The notes under the pieces: generated by a model
What the model was told of the DNA's origin: nothing
The model's input: the letters and a program-made list of their open reading frames with translations, nothing else
The model's database searches: none
Source of the DNA: Octopus vulgaris
Lineage: Eukaryota
DNA length: 64,000 bases
Direction: 5' to 3'
Assembly: GCA_951406725.2 (NCBI GenBank)
Contig: OX597830.1
Coordinates: 76,012,001-76,076,000 of the forward strand
In this document: positions 42,566 to 56,720 of the stretch, one piece after another
Layout: each line of letters begins with the position of its first letter
Numbering within the stretch: the first letter of the stretch is position 1
Translations under genes and position numbers: made by a program

Positions 42566-42823
42566 CAGCGGTTCTCAATCGGGGTCCGCGTGGACCTTTG
42601 GGGTCCACATAAGATGATGCTTTTAACATTTATGTGGAATATATCCCTTGTACTTTTACAATACATAAAATGTTTTAACAATTTTTCTGAGCAATTTCTA
42701 ATGATATTTAATCATAAAAATATAACGGGGCTTTTTTTTTAAATATCGAATGCGTATTAGGGCCCAGCATAGTAAAACTGGGGCCAAATGGGTCCATGTG
42801 CAAAAAATGGTTGAGAACCACTG
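42566..42823. mobile_element. hAT-type MITE related to 26848-27199
   Basis: TIRs cagcggttctcaa..ttgagaaccactg. Confidence 0.8.
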
Positions 42824-43224
42824 ATCTAGCGAATAACCATCAACTTCAGAGCTTGAGTGGTTCTCTATTTAATCGACACTGAAAAGAAAGCTCTCGGGTG
42901 ATTTTTTTCATTTTATGGCGTTGCTCCAGTATGGTCGCAATCTAATGTTGAAAATCGTGAAAGTTCAAATCAATATGTGCGTGTGTTCGTGCGTTTGTGT
43001 GCGCGTGTGTGTGTGTGTGTGTGTGTGTGTTAGAGAGAGAAAGAGAGAGAGATAGAGAGTGTAGGCGTGAGTGTGCACGCAAGTGAGAGTAAAATTACAT
43101 TTAATTCAACAATACATTATATTAATCTATACCAATAAAACGTTGAGTGTAACTTCGGCGTGAGTGGGTGTGTGTGGGGGGGATGTATGTGAGTGTGCGC
43201 ACAGGCGAGTGTGTGCGTGAAATT

Positions 43225-43476
43225 ATACTCTTTACTATTTTAGTCTTTTACTTGTTTCAGTCATTTGATTGCGGCCATGCTGGAGCAGCGCCTTTAGTCG
43301 AGCAAATCGACCCCAGGACTTATTCTTTGTAAGCCTAGTACTTATTCTATCGGTCTCTTTTGCCGAAGTGCGAAGTTACACGGATGTAAACAGACCAGCA
43401 TCGGTTGCCAAGCGATGTTGGGGAGACAAACACAGACACACAAACATATACACACACACACACACACACACGCACG

Positions 43477-43518
<42 letters not shown>

Positions 43519-43731
43519 CATACATATATATATATACATATATATATATACATACATATACATATATACGACGGACTTCTTTCAGTTTCCGTCTACCAAA
43601 TCCACTCACAAGGCTTTGGTCGGCCCGAGGCTATTGTAGAAGACACTTGCCCAAGGTGCCACGCAGTGGGACTGAACCCGGAACCATATAATTGGTAAGC
43701 AAGCTACTTACCACACAGCCACTCCTACGCC
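43225..43731 (-). mobile_element. SINE family B
   Basis: Full head, core and tail. Confidence 0.9.
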
Positions 43732-44355
43732 TAATTCAGCAATACTTTTTAGTAGCTTTTGCAAGAAAAACGTTGATTGTGACTTCGAAGTTTCGGTTTA
43801 CTCAGCCTCTATCAAACGAAACATCGCAGTCACTGTCAAACATTATCCATGTAGAGATGTGAGTGTGTGTGTGTGTGTGTGTGCGCGCGCCCATGCGCGC
43901 GTGTGTGTGTGTATGTGTGTATCCTTTATGAAAGCTGAAATGAAACGAAATGAAAAATATAATGCAATAATATTATGAAAAACAAAACAGTAAAAAATAA
44001 TATACCCGACCTCTACCCGGTTTGCACCCCGTTTCTACCCGCCTCCTTTTTCTCCCCCTTTGCCTTTCCTTCTCCTTTCTTATTTTGTAATTTAAGGGCA
44101 AACATGAACACCGCCAGACTTTCTTTCGACATAATTATCAGAAATACAATTTTTCTGGGTGCAAAGTCATTTATTTGTTTTGTCAGCATCCTTTCAAAAT
44201 ACTTCCGAATGCCATAAAGTTCTTTAACCTTTACCAAGTGGCCTGTTCTTTAGAACTTTCCAGCCTCATCTTTTGACTTTCTGTCTTCTCCCGGCGTATG
44301 TAATAAAGTATTATGTGTATTAATACTGATCATAAATATACGGAACTGTAATCTT

Positions 44356-44439
<84 letters not shown>

Positions 44440-44464
44440 CATTATTATCATCATTATTATTATT

Positions 44465-44860
44465 CAAGACGGCTAGCTAGCAGAATCGTTAGCATGCCGA
44501 ACAAAATGCTTAGCGGTATTTTGTTTGCCGCTATGTTCTGAGTTCAAATTCCACCGAGGTCGACTTTGCCTTTCACCCTTTTGGGGTCGATTAAATAAGT
44601 ACCAATTACGCATAGGGGTGCGATAAAATCGACTTAATCCGTTCGCCTGTCCTTGTTTGTACTCTCTGTGTGTAGCCCCTTGTGGGCAGTAAAGAAATAG
44701 GTATTTCGTCCGCCGTTACGTTCTGAGCTCAAATTCTGCCGCGGTCGACTTGGCCTTTCATCCTTTCGCAGTCCATAAATTAAGTACCAGCGAAACACTA
44801 GGGTCTATGTAATCGACTTAATACCTTCCCAAAGCTGCCCTTTTGGCAAAAATTTGAAAT
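44465..44860 (+). mobile_element. SINE A, two nested or tandem units
   Basis: Family motifs occur twice. Confidence 0.85.
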
Positions 44861-44877
44861 CATCATCATCATCATCA

Positions 44878-44945
<68 letters not shown>

Positions 44946-44948
<3 letters not shown>

Positions 44949-45286
44949 TAGTTTTATTTTTATAGTGTGCTTTCACTTCACTACCGAGCGCAGTTCTGTG
45001 TGCCTTGGGTATGTGCTGTGATTTGTTGTGATGCTCTGATTGTTATTGTATGGAAAGTGTTCTGCGTAGGATGTGTGCAGTGCCTAGTAGTGCAATTTTC
45101 TGTATCTTATATGTGTTTGTAAGTCCTGGTGTTTTTGTTATGTATTTGTCTGAATATTTTTTTATCATGCCTAATGCACCTACTATGATAGGAATTATTT
45201 CTGTTTTTAGATTCCACATTCTGGTTACCTCTATTTCCAGGTCTTTGTATTTTGAAAGTTTCTCCATTTCTTTTAGAGACACGTTG

Positions 45287-45287
<1 letters not shown>
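44946..45287 (-). mobile_element. 5'-truncated R4/Dong LINE inside (TAA)n
   Basis: Open frame KEMEKLSKYKDLEIEVTRMWNLKTEIIPIIVGALGMIKK..GTAHILRRTLSIQ* plus 3'UTR; (TAA)n on both sides. Confidence 0.88.
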
Positions 45288-45324
<37 letters not shown>

Positions 45325-45540
45325 ATTATTATTATTATTATTATGTAAGTTTCATAAATATTGAAATTGGTTATCTCGTATCACAGTTGCTTCCGTCTTT
45401 TGGTCTTGGCTCATAACAATACTTCTCCAAATTAATCGTTAGTCGCTGCTGGGAGGATGTTTCAGTACAGTTTTTCAGAGGATACTTCAGATCAAATATA
45501 TGCAGGACGTGACTCTCATATCTTCATAGATATTACAGGG

Positions 45541-45955
45541 TTTTACTCTTTTACTCTTTTACTTGTTTCAGTCATTTGACTGCGGCCATGCTGGAGCACC
45601 GCCTTTAGTCGAGCAAATCGACCCCGGGACTTATTCTTTGTAAGTCCAGTACTTATTCTATCGGTCTCTTTTTGGCGAACCGCTAAGTGACGGGGACGTA
45701 AGCACACCAGCATCGGTTGTCAAGCAATGCTAGGGGTACAAACACAGACACACAAGCACACACACATATATATATATATATATACATATATACGACAGGC
45801 TTCTTTCAGTTTCCGTCTACCAAATCCACTCACAAGGCATTGGTCGGCCCGGGGCTATAGCAGAAGACACTTGCCCAAGATTCCACGCAGTGGGACTGAA
45901 CCCGGAACCATGTGGTTGGTTAGCAAGCTACTTACCACACAGCCACTCCTGCGCC
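45541..45955 (-). mobile_element. SINE family B, young
   Basis: Full length with (gtaaaaga)n tail. Confidence 0.92.
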
Positions 45956-46834
45956 TCTAGACCTGTATTACTGTTTCATTTCATAATCTTCATACTTAAA
46001 ACAGGAGAGAATGTTTCACGGTAGAAGCGACTTTTATTTTTCAATAGGTCGTATGAAGTTACTACACCCTGAATGGTACGCAACGAATTTTTTAATGTAA
46101 CTACGGCCCATAGAGCCAGTTACCTGATTTTCAATTCGAATATAACAAAGAACACAATTACTCTCTTGCCTGAACAGGACGCAATATTACCTTCCTAGGT
46201 ATTGCTGGAATTTATTTGTCTTTGAGTGGACTGAAATAACATGAAATGAAGTGTTTTGCTCAAGAACATAGCGCGCACCTCGGTTGGAACCTACGATCTT
46301 GTGATTATGAACGCAAAACCTTAACCCCTAAAACATGCGCTTTCAACATACTCTAAGTAACCCTGCCTACAAAATAATCCCGTTTTGATCCTTTCTGTCG
46401 TCGTCGTCTTCTTCTTCTTCTTCTTCTTCTTCTTCTTCTTCTTCTTCTTCTTCTTCTTCTTCTTCTTCTTCTTCTTCTTCTTCTTCTTCTTCATCATCAT
46501 CTTCTTCTTCTTATTCTTCTTCTTCTTCTTCTTCTTCTTCTTCTTCTTCTTCTTCTTCTTCTTCTTCTTCTTCTTCTTCTTCTAATCAGGACTCACGCCA
46601 TTAGCCACAAAGAATAATCTCTAATTCGAGCCTACTCTAAGCTACTAAGATCCACCCACCACACGTGATAGACAGGCGGTTGCACGGGCGCGAAAGCTAC
46701 ATTGTTATCCTCATTCCGTAAACGGTGGCTTTTTAACAGGTGGAGAGTTGATCCATCCTGGGGTACAGAGGATTCGCAATCTAGACTAGGGTCTGAAAGT
46801 TTACCACACCATGGCTCCTCTGCTTTGTGACAGA

Positions 46835-47025
46835 AGTATGAAGAAAGAGTGAGAGAAAGTTGTGGTGAAAGAGTACAGCGGTGTCACACGCCCCCACCGC
46901 CGGAGCCTCGTGGAGCTTAGGTGGTTTTGCTCAATAAACATTCAAAATGCACAGTCTGGGAATCGAAACGGCGTTCTTACGACCGCGAGTCCGCTGCCCT
47001 AACCACTGGGCCATTGCGCCTCCAC
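46835..47025 (-). mobile_element. SINE C 5' half
   Basis: Matches 23878-24070. Confidence 0.85.
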
Positions 47026-47964
47026 CCTTGCTGTTGTATGTAACCTTCTCAATTCTTAGTCCATTTACATCATCAATGCTCTTTGAGAAATGTTTGAATG
47101 TCACACATACTGTAAGTCTTCTCGCATTTCTTTGCTCCTCCACCGGATATATTTAAGATAAATGTAAGAGATTTCTGTCTGTCTGAGAATTACGTATGCG
47201 TGTCTCTGTGTGTCTCTGTGTGCCTGTGTGTGTGCGTGTGTATGTGTGTGCATGTGTATGCGTGTGTGTGCCAGTATGTGTGTGTGTACTTGCGTGTGAG
47301 TGTGTCTGTGTGTGTATGTGTGTGTATGTGTGTGTGTGTGTGTGCGTGCGTGCGTTTCTGTGTGTGTATATGTGCGTGCATGTGCGTGTGCGTCTGTGTG
47401 TGTATTTATGTCTGCGTGTGTATGCATATGTCTGCAACAGTGTGCGTGTGCGTGCGTCTGTGTGTGTATATGCATGTGCGTCTGTTTGTAAGTGTATGTA
47501 TGTGATTGTGTGCGTCTGTGTGAGTCTGTGTGCGTGTGTATGTGCGTACGTGTTTGTGCGTATTTGTGTGTTTGTCTATGTAAGTGCGTGTGTATGTATT
47601 TGTGTCTGCGTAAGTGCATTTGTGTGTGTCTTTGTCTATGTAAATGTGTGCTATAGTTAAGATTACAAGACCGGGTATCTAAAAGAAGATTTCTACACTC
47701 AGTTTATGTCTGAGACGACCGCGAAACACAAGAAGTTCTCTGATTTATGTGTTTTCACCCAGTGGTATCACAAACACCCATATATCACATTATATACAGT
47801 AACTACTAAAGAAGCGCAAATATTGGGTGCCAGGGATGGCCGCATGGTTGATAAATTCAATTCGTAAGTATTTTATGCCGGTTTCTATCTTACTGAGCAG
47901 GGCCATGTTAGGTAAGTGCTTTCTACCTTAGTCTTATTTCTGCTATGTGTTTTCTTCCTGCTAG

Positions 47965-48655
47965 AGGCAGAAGGCTTGAAATTTTGTCGGGGTGGGACTA
48001 ATCGATTACATCAACCCCAATGCTTAACTGGTACTTAATTTCATTGACTCCGAAAGTATGAAATGCTAGGTCGACCTTTACGGTATTTTAACTCAGGCGG
48101 CGAGCTGACAGAAACGTTAGCACGCCGGGCGAAATGCTTTGTGGTATTTTGTCTGCCGCTATGTTCTGAGTTCGAATTCCGTCGAGGTTGACTTTGCCTT
48201 TCATCCTTTCGAGATCGATTAAATAAGTACCAGTTACACACTGGGGTCAATATAATCGACTTAATCTATTTGTCTGTCCTTGTTTGTCCCCTCTGTGTTT
48301 AGCCCCTTGTGGGTAGTAAAGGAATAGGTATTTGAACTCAGAAAGTAATCTTATTTTCAAATCAATCCTATAATTTCTCAATGGAACTGGCTAAAGAGAA
48401 AATGTACAGAAACCTATTAAAATGTTCCTTCTCATAAGGGCCGGTTTCCCGGTTCCAGTGGCGTAGAAATTCCCCACGTGGACGGAACGCCGGTCCGTCG
48501 CAGGATTACTCATTTTTGCCAGCTGAGTGGACTGGGGCAACGTGAAAATGAAGTGTTTTGCTCAAGAACACAACGCATCGCCCGGTCCAGGAATCGAAAC
48601 CACAACCTTACGATCTTGAGTCCAACATCCTAACCACTAGGTCACGTGCCTCTAC
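47965..48655. mobile_element. SINE cluster: old A (minus), young A (48095-48328, plus), D (48432-48655, minus)
   Basis: Family motifs; near-TSD ggtatt(t/g)aactcag-like repeats around the young A copy. Confidence 0.85.
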
Positions 48656-49384
48656 ACAGAAACCTGTTACATTGTATAAATTCATATGTGTATGTTCGTG
48701 TATGTGCGAGCGTGTCTGTGTGTGTATGTGCTTACATCTCTCTGTGTAAGTAGAAGATATCTGATAAAATGATAAAATATGAGGCTTGGGTGGAGAAACA
48801 AAATTTCTAAGTGATGTGGAATTAAGTTGATTAATCTATTTCATTTCGAAATGTGTTTAATTAGTATTCTATTAAAGCAGCGATAATCAAATTAATTATT
48901 CGTTGTATTTTGTTAACAATAGTTTCGTGGATTTTAGGTTTTTTCTCACAGACCGATTATGACGAAAATGTAATCATGATGGCGAGAATAACGAAGGATT
49001 AATTATTGTATAACTCAGAAGGGACAATTATTACAGGGGATTTTCGATTGAGAACACCGGTTTGTCTGTTTTTTCGTCGCTGATTATTTTGTTATCGATA
49101 TGCAATGCGGAGATACAGAGAGACAGATAGACACACACAAACACACTCATACACACAGGCGCGCGTGCACAAACACGCACACGCACGCAAGCACACACAG
49201 ACACATAGACACACAAGCATTCGCATACATGCACACACACAAGCATGTGCATACACTCAACTATACACAGACACATATGCATACACACACATATATTTTT
49301 TTCTTGAACTTCAAAAGAAACAACAGCAGTGAAAAGCAACAAAGCCAGCACCAATCACTCAGTATCTTCTGTTTATATAACATA

Positions 49385-49942
49385 TTGGGTTGTCCGGAAA
49401 GTTCGTGCCGAATTATAGCAGCTTACCGTTCGATTTATTCTAGAACTTGGTTGAGTCCATAAAATAGGATTTCACTACACCTCCATTAAGAGCACAGTTT
49501 AAGCTCTTTTTTCATGGAAGAAGGTTTATGTTCCTATAACCTGTGTTAATTTTGTAACCCTTTAAAATGGAAGATAAGAAAGTTCATTTTCGGCACTTGA
49601 TGCTTTGGGAACCAGAAAAAAATTGTTGCAGCTCGGCTGGGATGTGTTACCCCACCCTCCATATTCACTAGATATTGCTCCTTCGGATTTCAGGTCTCTG
49701 CAGAATAGTCTTAATGGTAAAAATTTCAATTCCTTGGATGACGTAAAAAGATGCCTTGATGAATTCTTTGCCATGAAACCATCTCAATTCTAGGAAGAAG
49801 GTAAATTTCAAGTTAAAGGAAAGATGGAGATGCACTGTGCAACAGAATGGTTCATATTTGGTTGATTAAAAATGTAATGGCAAATATTTATTAACCTTTT
49901 TCTTACCTTTATAAATCGGCACGAACTTTCCAGACAATCCAA
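49385..49942 (+). mobile_element. Internally deleted mariner (second family)
   Basis: TIRs ttgggttgtccggaaagttcgtgccga / tcggcacgaactttccagacaatccaa with TA flanks; MEDKKVHFRHLMLW fused to KKLLQLGWDVLPHPPYSLDIAPSD. Confidence 0.95.
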
Positions 49943-50043
49943 TATATATTAACGACAGAGTCTGTATTAATAGCGAGAAGTAATATTTTCCCCCACTTAA
50001 ACGTGGATGTCCTGTTAGGCCAAGCTATGTTGCGGTAGATACC

Positions 50044-50071
50044 ATGAAAGAAACTCTCATATTGGCCTTTG
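50044..50071 (+). CDS. Candidate first coding exon (MKETLILAF, phase 1)
   Basis: accATGa context and consensus donor G|GTGAGT; no homology support. Confidence 0.25.
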
Positions 50072-50586
50072 GTGAGTATGAGTTATTCTCGTGATATTTA
50101 CCCTAGTAAGATCTTCCTTTAAACGGGGGTTAAAAAAAAAAAACATTAATCGAACTTACAAATTTCCCGATAAGCAAGTTTAGTCAAACACTCACAAAGC
50201 TTAATTCAGTTCAATTCAAAAGCATGGGTAAGCAACGCATTCTAAGCCACACTATAATTTGCGGAAAAAAAATATGCATCAAACCTCCGATGCCTTTTTT
50301 TTTTTTTGACTCGTTCTTGTTTTTGTGGCTGAGTGGTAAGAAGATTGCTTCTCAACCACATGGTTCCAGGATCAGTTTCCTTGCATGACACCTTGGGCAA
50401 GTGTCTTCTACTATAGCCCTGGACCGACCTAAAGCCTCATGAATGGATTTGGTAGATGGAAACAGAAAGACATCCGTCGTATATATGAGTGTGTGTATGT
50501 GTTGTGTGTGCATGTGTGTATGCGTATGAGGTAATGCCCCAGTATGGCCACAATCCAATGAATGATACAAGTAGAAAATAAAAGAC

Positions 50587-50628
<42 letters not shown>

Positions 50629-50774
50629 GAATCACTAAATGGATAAAAAGTACAGTTGTTCTCGTTAAGGTTTGAACTCACAAAAGAGAAGAGCGGAATA
50701 AATAGAGTTCCACGGCACTACAAATCCCCCCACCACGTGCAAAATCCCACCATCACCACCACCACCACTGCCGC

Positions 50775-50824
<50 letters not shown>

Positions 50825-51526
50825 CCATCATCATCGTCGTCGTCGTTGTCATAACCGCTACGACTTTCACAAAAAACAACTACAACACGGACAACCACCA
50901 CCATTGTCACCACACCATGGTTACCACCAGAAAAACAAAAAAAAAAACAAAACCATTCACTCAATTCCACAACTGCTTCGCTATCTCATCAATTAGCACC
51001 TATGTCGCTCATCATACCATCGACATTAAACATTACTACTACGACGATAGCGATGACGAGGATCATGACGATGAAGACAGCCAAGGTGACGACAAAACAA
51101 CAACGATAATATAGTTTTCACCACCACCACCACCACCACCACCATCGCAACTACCACTATACCATTGCACTTCCACCATTAGCACTAAAATCGCCGTACC
51201 ACCCACATCAAACAAGATTAACTCACAGTTACGATGACGATGACACCGACGTTATAAACCCATTACACCACCACCACCATCACCACCATCACCACCACTA
51301 TACTGCACTTATCACCATTCTATCACACGATTACCTCCCACCACTGCCATCATTAATAATCACAAAATATCGATGACACAATACTCTGTATAGTCATTTG
51401 TTTACACTTAAGACACGTCAGATTGTTACATGTGTTGACACTACTTGATTGATAGCTTAACGTCTCTTAATACATACATATATATCATATATAAATCCAT
51501 ATATATATATATATATATATATATAA

Positions 51527-51755
51527 GGGCGGCGAGCTGGCAGAAACGTTAGCATGCCGGGCAAAATGCGTAGCCGTATTTCGTCTGTCGTTACGTTCCG
51601 AGTTCAAATTCCGCCGAGGTCGACTTTGCCTTTCATCCTTTCGGGGTCGTTAAATTAAGTACCAGTTACATACTGGGGTTGATGTAATCGACTTAATCCC
51701 TTTGTCTGTCCTTGTTTGTCCCCTCTGTGTTTAGCCCCTTGTGGGTAGTTAAGAA

Positions 51756-51757
<2 letters not shown>
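51527..51757 (+). mobile_element. SINE family A in (TA)n
   Basis: Near-consensus full copy. Confidence 0.92.
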
Positions 51758-51780
<23 letters not shown>

Positions 51781-51787
<7 letters not shown>

Positions 51788-52180
51788 TTTTGTGTAATGA
51801 GATAAAAACAAAGGCTGTATAGATATTAGAGCATTTACAGATAGAAGGTCTTACAGCTGTTTCTAGAATATTAATTAATAATAATATCCATTCATCGGGG
51901 TCGGTATGAGAGGAAAAGTTAAGTCATAGTTACTTTCGATGTGATATAAATAGAGAGTGAGGTGGACGACAGAAAATAGATGTAAGATATGTATGGTCAT
52001 TGAGTTCATAAATCTGTTTTATAGGCATAATGGTATATATGGGTATTATTCCAATATCCTTTGAGTAAAATCCAAAAGTCCAACAGAGTTTAATATGCGT
52101 CCATCCAAATGTAAAGTGTATAAGCAATGTAAGATTCTCTTAAAGTTGTTCCTTCCCAGTAGGGAATTTATATGGAATAT
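51781..52180 (-). mobile_element. Family H2 element, hammerhead at 51848-51903
   Basis: CCGAUGA au GGAUAUUA..UAAUAUUC ua GAAA CAGCUG UA AGAC; stem I degraded. Confidence 0.65.
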
Positions 52181-52382
52181 ATATATATATATTTCTCCAT
52201 TTTCTTATTTGCAATATAAATTAATGGTAAAATATTTTTTACCTTCACCCATTTAATACAATAAGTAAGTTAACTGCATTGCAATTAAAATACTTGTGTA
52301 TTAATAATTGGGTATTATACCAAAAGTGTATTGGATAAATATTATCCCTTAGTGGGTTGGACCCACAACCCCTAACTTTCTT

Positions 52383-52419
<37 letters not shown>

Positions 52420-52423
<4 letters not shown>

Positions 52424-52758
52424 AGTTTCAGCTCATACTGTGGCCATGCTGGAGCACTGCCGTTTCGCTACACTGTTATTACTGAGATCCTCCTTTAATA
52501 TGTGGTACTTGGTGTAGAATGGAGTGTGATGTAGCTACCCTCATTTGCACCTCTTGCCGTGAGGTAGGTTCATCTGGTACTCTCGGCAGGAAGAAGTCCA
52601 GCCTTGATTTAAAAACACCTACATATATTTTGTGTAGATTCCTCAGGCTCTTTGGGAAAATATTAAAAAGCTGTGGGCCCCTGAAACTCAGGCTGTTGCA
52701 GTAACTAGTACTGAAGCGCGATAGCATTGCTGGGATCTTTGGCACTGCAGTGTCGACC
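52420..52758 (-). mobile_element. CR1-like LINE 3' end with tail
   Basis: YCNSLSFRGPQLFNIFPKSLRNL..FKSRLDFFL..VPDEP; 3'UTR gtgctccagcatggccacagt..ctgaaac. Confidence 0.85.
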
Positions 52759-53175
52759 CGTTCTGGTATTGGTGTAGCTTTCAATGCCAAAATTTGGCAC
52801 AATTCCTTCCAGGATCTTCCAGGTGTATATATATATATATATATACGTACATACATTAATATTACACGGCTAATGATTCTTAACTCAGCTTTTAAGTACG
52901 AATGCATTTATCATACGTATGCATACGTACCATCGCACATACAAACAGACACACACACGCAGACATACACACATAAATGTATATATTTATGTATATATAA
53001 ATATATAGGATTCAGTGATTAAACTTTCGTCTAAGTTACGCAACCCCTCCGCCCTTCACTTTTAAACAAACAATAACTTCTATTATCTCAGTAATCCAGT
53101 TCACTATATGTCAGCTGCGCCGATTCTGCTCATAAGAAAGGAACAAATGATACAATGTGGCTATAGGTCATAACA

Positions 53176-53199
53176 CCCGTGCAACGCCGGGATGCATTT

Positions 53200-53204
<5 letters not shown>
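53176..53204 (+). mobile_element. Helitron 3' terminus
   Basis: GC hairpin cccgtgcaacgccggg, then 8 nt, then CTAG followed by T; 5' end not located. Confidence 0.7.
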
Positions 53205-53237
<33 letters not shown>

Positions 53238-53249
53238 TGTGTGTGTATA

Positions 53250-54491
53250 CAGGGTGAGGTGAATAAACTGTCGTCTAAACTATGCAAGAATGAAAATGAC
53301 ATGACATCTCATTTTAACAGATATATTTAACAAAGTTATACAAAAATAGCTTCAAATACTAAAGGGAAAATGTATTCAATAAAATCGCCATTGGCTTCAA
53401 CCACGGCTTACAGACGACATCTTGCAACTCTTCTGGACGGTCTCCTTGCTTAAGTTGGTGAATGTTGCTCTAATCCTTTGCTGTGACAAGGACTTTTGTT
53501 GGTCTCGCTTAACCGCGCCCCATATATAATAATCAAGGGAGTTACAGTCTGGGGAGTTAGGTGGCCAGATGTTAGGGGTCATGTGGTCACAGAAATTGTC
53601 TGACAGCCAAGACTGGGTTCTCTTGCTTGTGTGGCATAGTGCAGAGTACTATTGCCAGGCACAGGGTCTTTCAGCAGCCACCCTTTTTGCCCAGGGCAGC
53701 ACTGCCTCCATCAGGCGCTTGATTTAGGCTTCCGTGTTGAGTCTGAGGCCGTGTGGGAAGATGATTGGAGGCATAACGTCGCCATCACTAGTGGTCACTC
53801 TAAACACCATGATGTTCACTGGATGTTTGATTTTTATCACTCTCGGTACATGTTTTGGGGACACGGCAAGCCAACGGTTGTTCTGTGTGTTTACTATTTG
53901 ATCTGAGAAAATTCAAAGCATGTTCGGTTGGAGGGGGTGCTTGAATTTGTTCAAAAGCTTCGTAGCGCGGGTCCTTTTTCGTCCTAGATGTCTAGGGATA
54001 AAAACTGACCCTTTTTCATCTTGTATGAGGAATAACGAATCTCTTCATGCACTACCTGTCTGATAAGAACCCCAGACACTCCCATGTCCCTGGCGATGGA
54101 CTTGATTGGCATGGAGGGATCGTTGTTAATCATGGCCTGGATCTCAGCAAATTGAAGAGTTCTTTTCTTATCAGGACGATCAAAATGAGCTGCCGTGCCT
54201 TCGTTATCACCATTAGACTCATCCTACTCTTTCCCAATCCTCTGCATTGTCCTCAGATTGACACCCAAACACTCTGAAATGCTCGTATTGGAGCTTCTGG
54301 CGCGAATGGCAAGCAGTGCAGCATATCGTTTCTAAATTTCTGGGAGAGCGAATTACGTCGTGGTATTGTTTTTCTCACAGACGGTGCCCAATTGACTCTA
54401 TTATACTATGTAGTCGACAAAACCAAATCAAGCAAGGTGCATGCTCGAAATTAAAAATATAAATTGGCTACACTTTACCCATCGGACCCTG
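53250..54491 (-). mobile_element. DD37D (maT-like) Tc1/mariner transposon, decayed
   Basis: Termini TA-cagggt..accctg-TA; WQ*YSALCH..WPPNSPDCNSLDY with 37 residues between the second (mutated) and third catalytic positions. Confidence 0.85.
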
Positions 54492-55160
54492 TACCCAGGA
54501 ATGTATATATATGAGTGAGAGAGAGAGAGAGGAGAGAGAGAAAGAGAAAGAGAAATAGAGAATGAAATAGAAAGACAGACAGAAAGACAAACAAACAGAA
54601 TGAATGGGTGTGTTTGTGTGATGTGAACTTCATTTATTCTCGCCAGATAAAATCGCAAAAGTTTGGTCAAGCTGCAATGGGATAGCATTTAGCTTTCTCT
54701 TTTTATTACAGCCATTTCTTACCACAAATAACGACGATAACTTGATCGAAATCTGTCTACCTGTGTGTGTATACATACATACATACATACATAAATGCAT
54801 ACATACATACATACATACATACATACATACATACATACATAAATGCATACTTACATGCATACATACATACATACATACATACATACATACATACTTGCAT
54901 ACATACATAGATACATACATAAATGCATGCATACATACATACATACATAAATGCATACGTACATACATACATAAATGCATGCATACATACATACATAAAT
55001 GCATACATACATAATACATACATGCATACATACATACATACATACATAAATGCATACATACATACATAAATGCATACATACATACATGCATACATACATA
55101 CATACATACACGCATATATAGATGCACACACACACACACATTATGCACACACACATTATG

Positions 55161-55197
<37 letters not shown>

Positions 55198-55596
55198 GAA
55201 GATTTATATTTTTCATGAGCATCAAGCTAATATACCTTGTTTGTTGTTGCCTCACCTGTCTCTCTTGTTTTACATGATCTGAACGATATGTATATGTATA
55301 TGCGAGTGCACACACACGCACACACAGACACATGCAAGAGAAATAACAAATATGGAATGTAGTTAGTATTTGGGCAGGTGGAAAACATGTATATTCCAGA
55401 GGTAAATAAGTTTTACATAGAAGGATACAACTAAAGCACAGAATATATAAACAGGCGCATACCATAGCAGTCTTTGGCCATTTAACCGATTTCATGAGGC
55501 TTTTAGCAAACTCATGCATTTTAGACATACACATTCACACATGCACGACTACATATATGTGAGAGTGTGTATGTATCTTTCCCTCCCCTCTCTCTC

Positions 55597-55672
<76 letters not shown>

Positions 55673-55682
55673 CATATATATA

Positions 55683-55865
55683 TTAGCCACTACACACATT
55701 TTTTTCTCTCCTTGTTTCTCTCGTTTTTTCTGTGTCTCTTTCTGTAGAAGAGCGTAGGCTCGAAACGTAAAAGTCTTTTTCTATTCCTGAGCGTTATACT
55801 AATACATCTGTATGTTTTGTACACTACCTGTCTTCATCTTTTGCTTTTTTCGTAAACTCTCCCTA
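55683..55865 (+). mobile_element. Family H3 element with hammerhead variant at 55738-55773
   Basis: CUUU CUGUAGA A GAGC guag GCUC GAAA CG UA AAAG; (TA)n on both sides. Confidence 0.75.
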
Positions 55866-55870
55866 TATAC

Positions 55871-55953
<83 letters not shown>

Positions 55954-56174
55954 ACTCACGATGAAAGTAAACAAAATTTGCTTTCGAAGTGTTGAGATGT
56001 ATTCAAAGATACAGAAATAATTTATTCTCATATGTATGATAATGTTAGTACAATAGCATGTACAGGATAAACTATACATATATTGAAGAAAAAATCGTTA
56101 CCGGTCAGTTACGATTTTTTTTGCAATATATGTATAGTTTATGTATATATATATATGTATAGTTTATATATATA

Positions 56175-56720
56175 ATACAAAAATAGGAAAGAACGTAATA
56201 CATCCTGACAGTTAGGTGATAAAAAGGGGACAACAAAACACCCGGACAACAAAATATCCGGACGATACAAATACAAATAGCAAAAAGGACGGGCCAATCG
56301 GAGTTTTCTTTCCTCAGTCAAGTTCCAGATTATCTTTACAATTTCGGCTGGTTATACTCGAGATTTCTCCAATCTGGCCAATCCCAAGTAAAATCTAAGC
56401 TAAGAGCACTAGATTCCTTGGAAGAAAGCAGCGAATGTATACGAAAATAAGGACGAAAAAAAAAACGGAGGAAAGGTACATAACTATAAATAACAGGAGA
56501 TTAACAACGGGTGTCTTTCGACTAAAAATGAATTAAATTAAGTTGGCGTGTATGGAAGTAAAGCCTTACGACAGGGACTTAATATTTGAACGGCTCATGG
56601 AGGAATATAGATGTTGCACGGATGGTAATCGAACCAAGAAAGAAAGGTCAGGCTTGGCCGAACACCAGTAAAGCGGGGAGAGAAGAGAGCGAGGTAGAGG
56701 CAGAGAGATAGAAGTGTACA
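56175..56720 (-). mobile_element. Repeat family X (motif at 56311-56383)
   Basis: Reverse-complement homology to 62380-62900. Confidence 0.8.
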
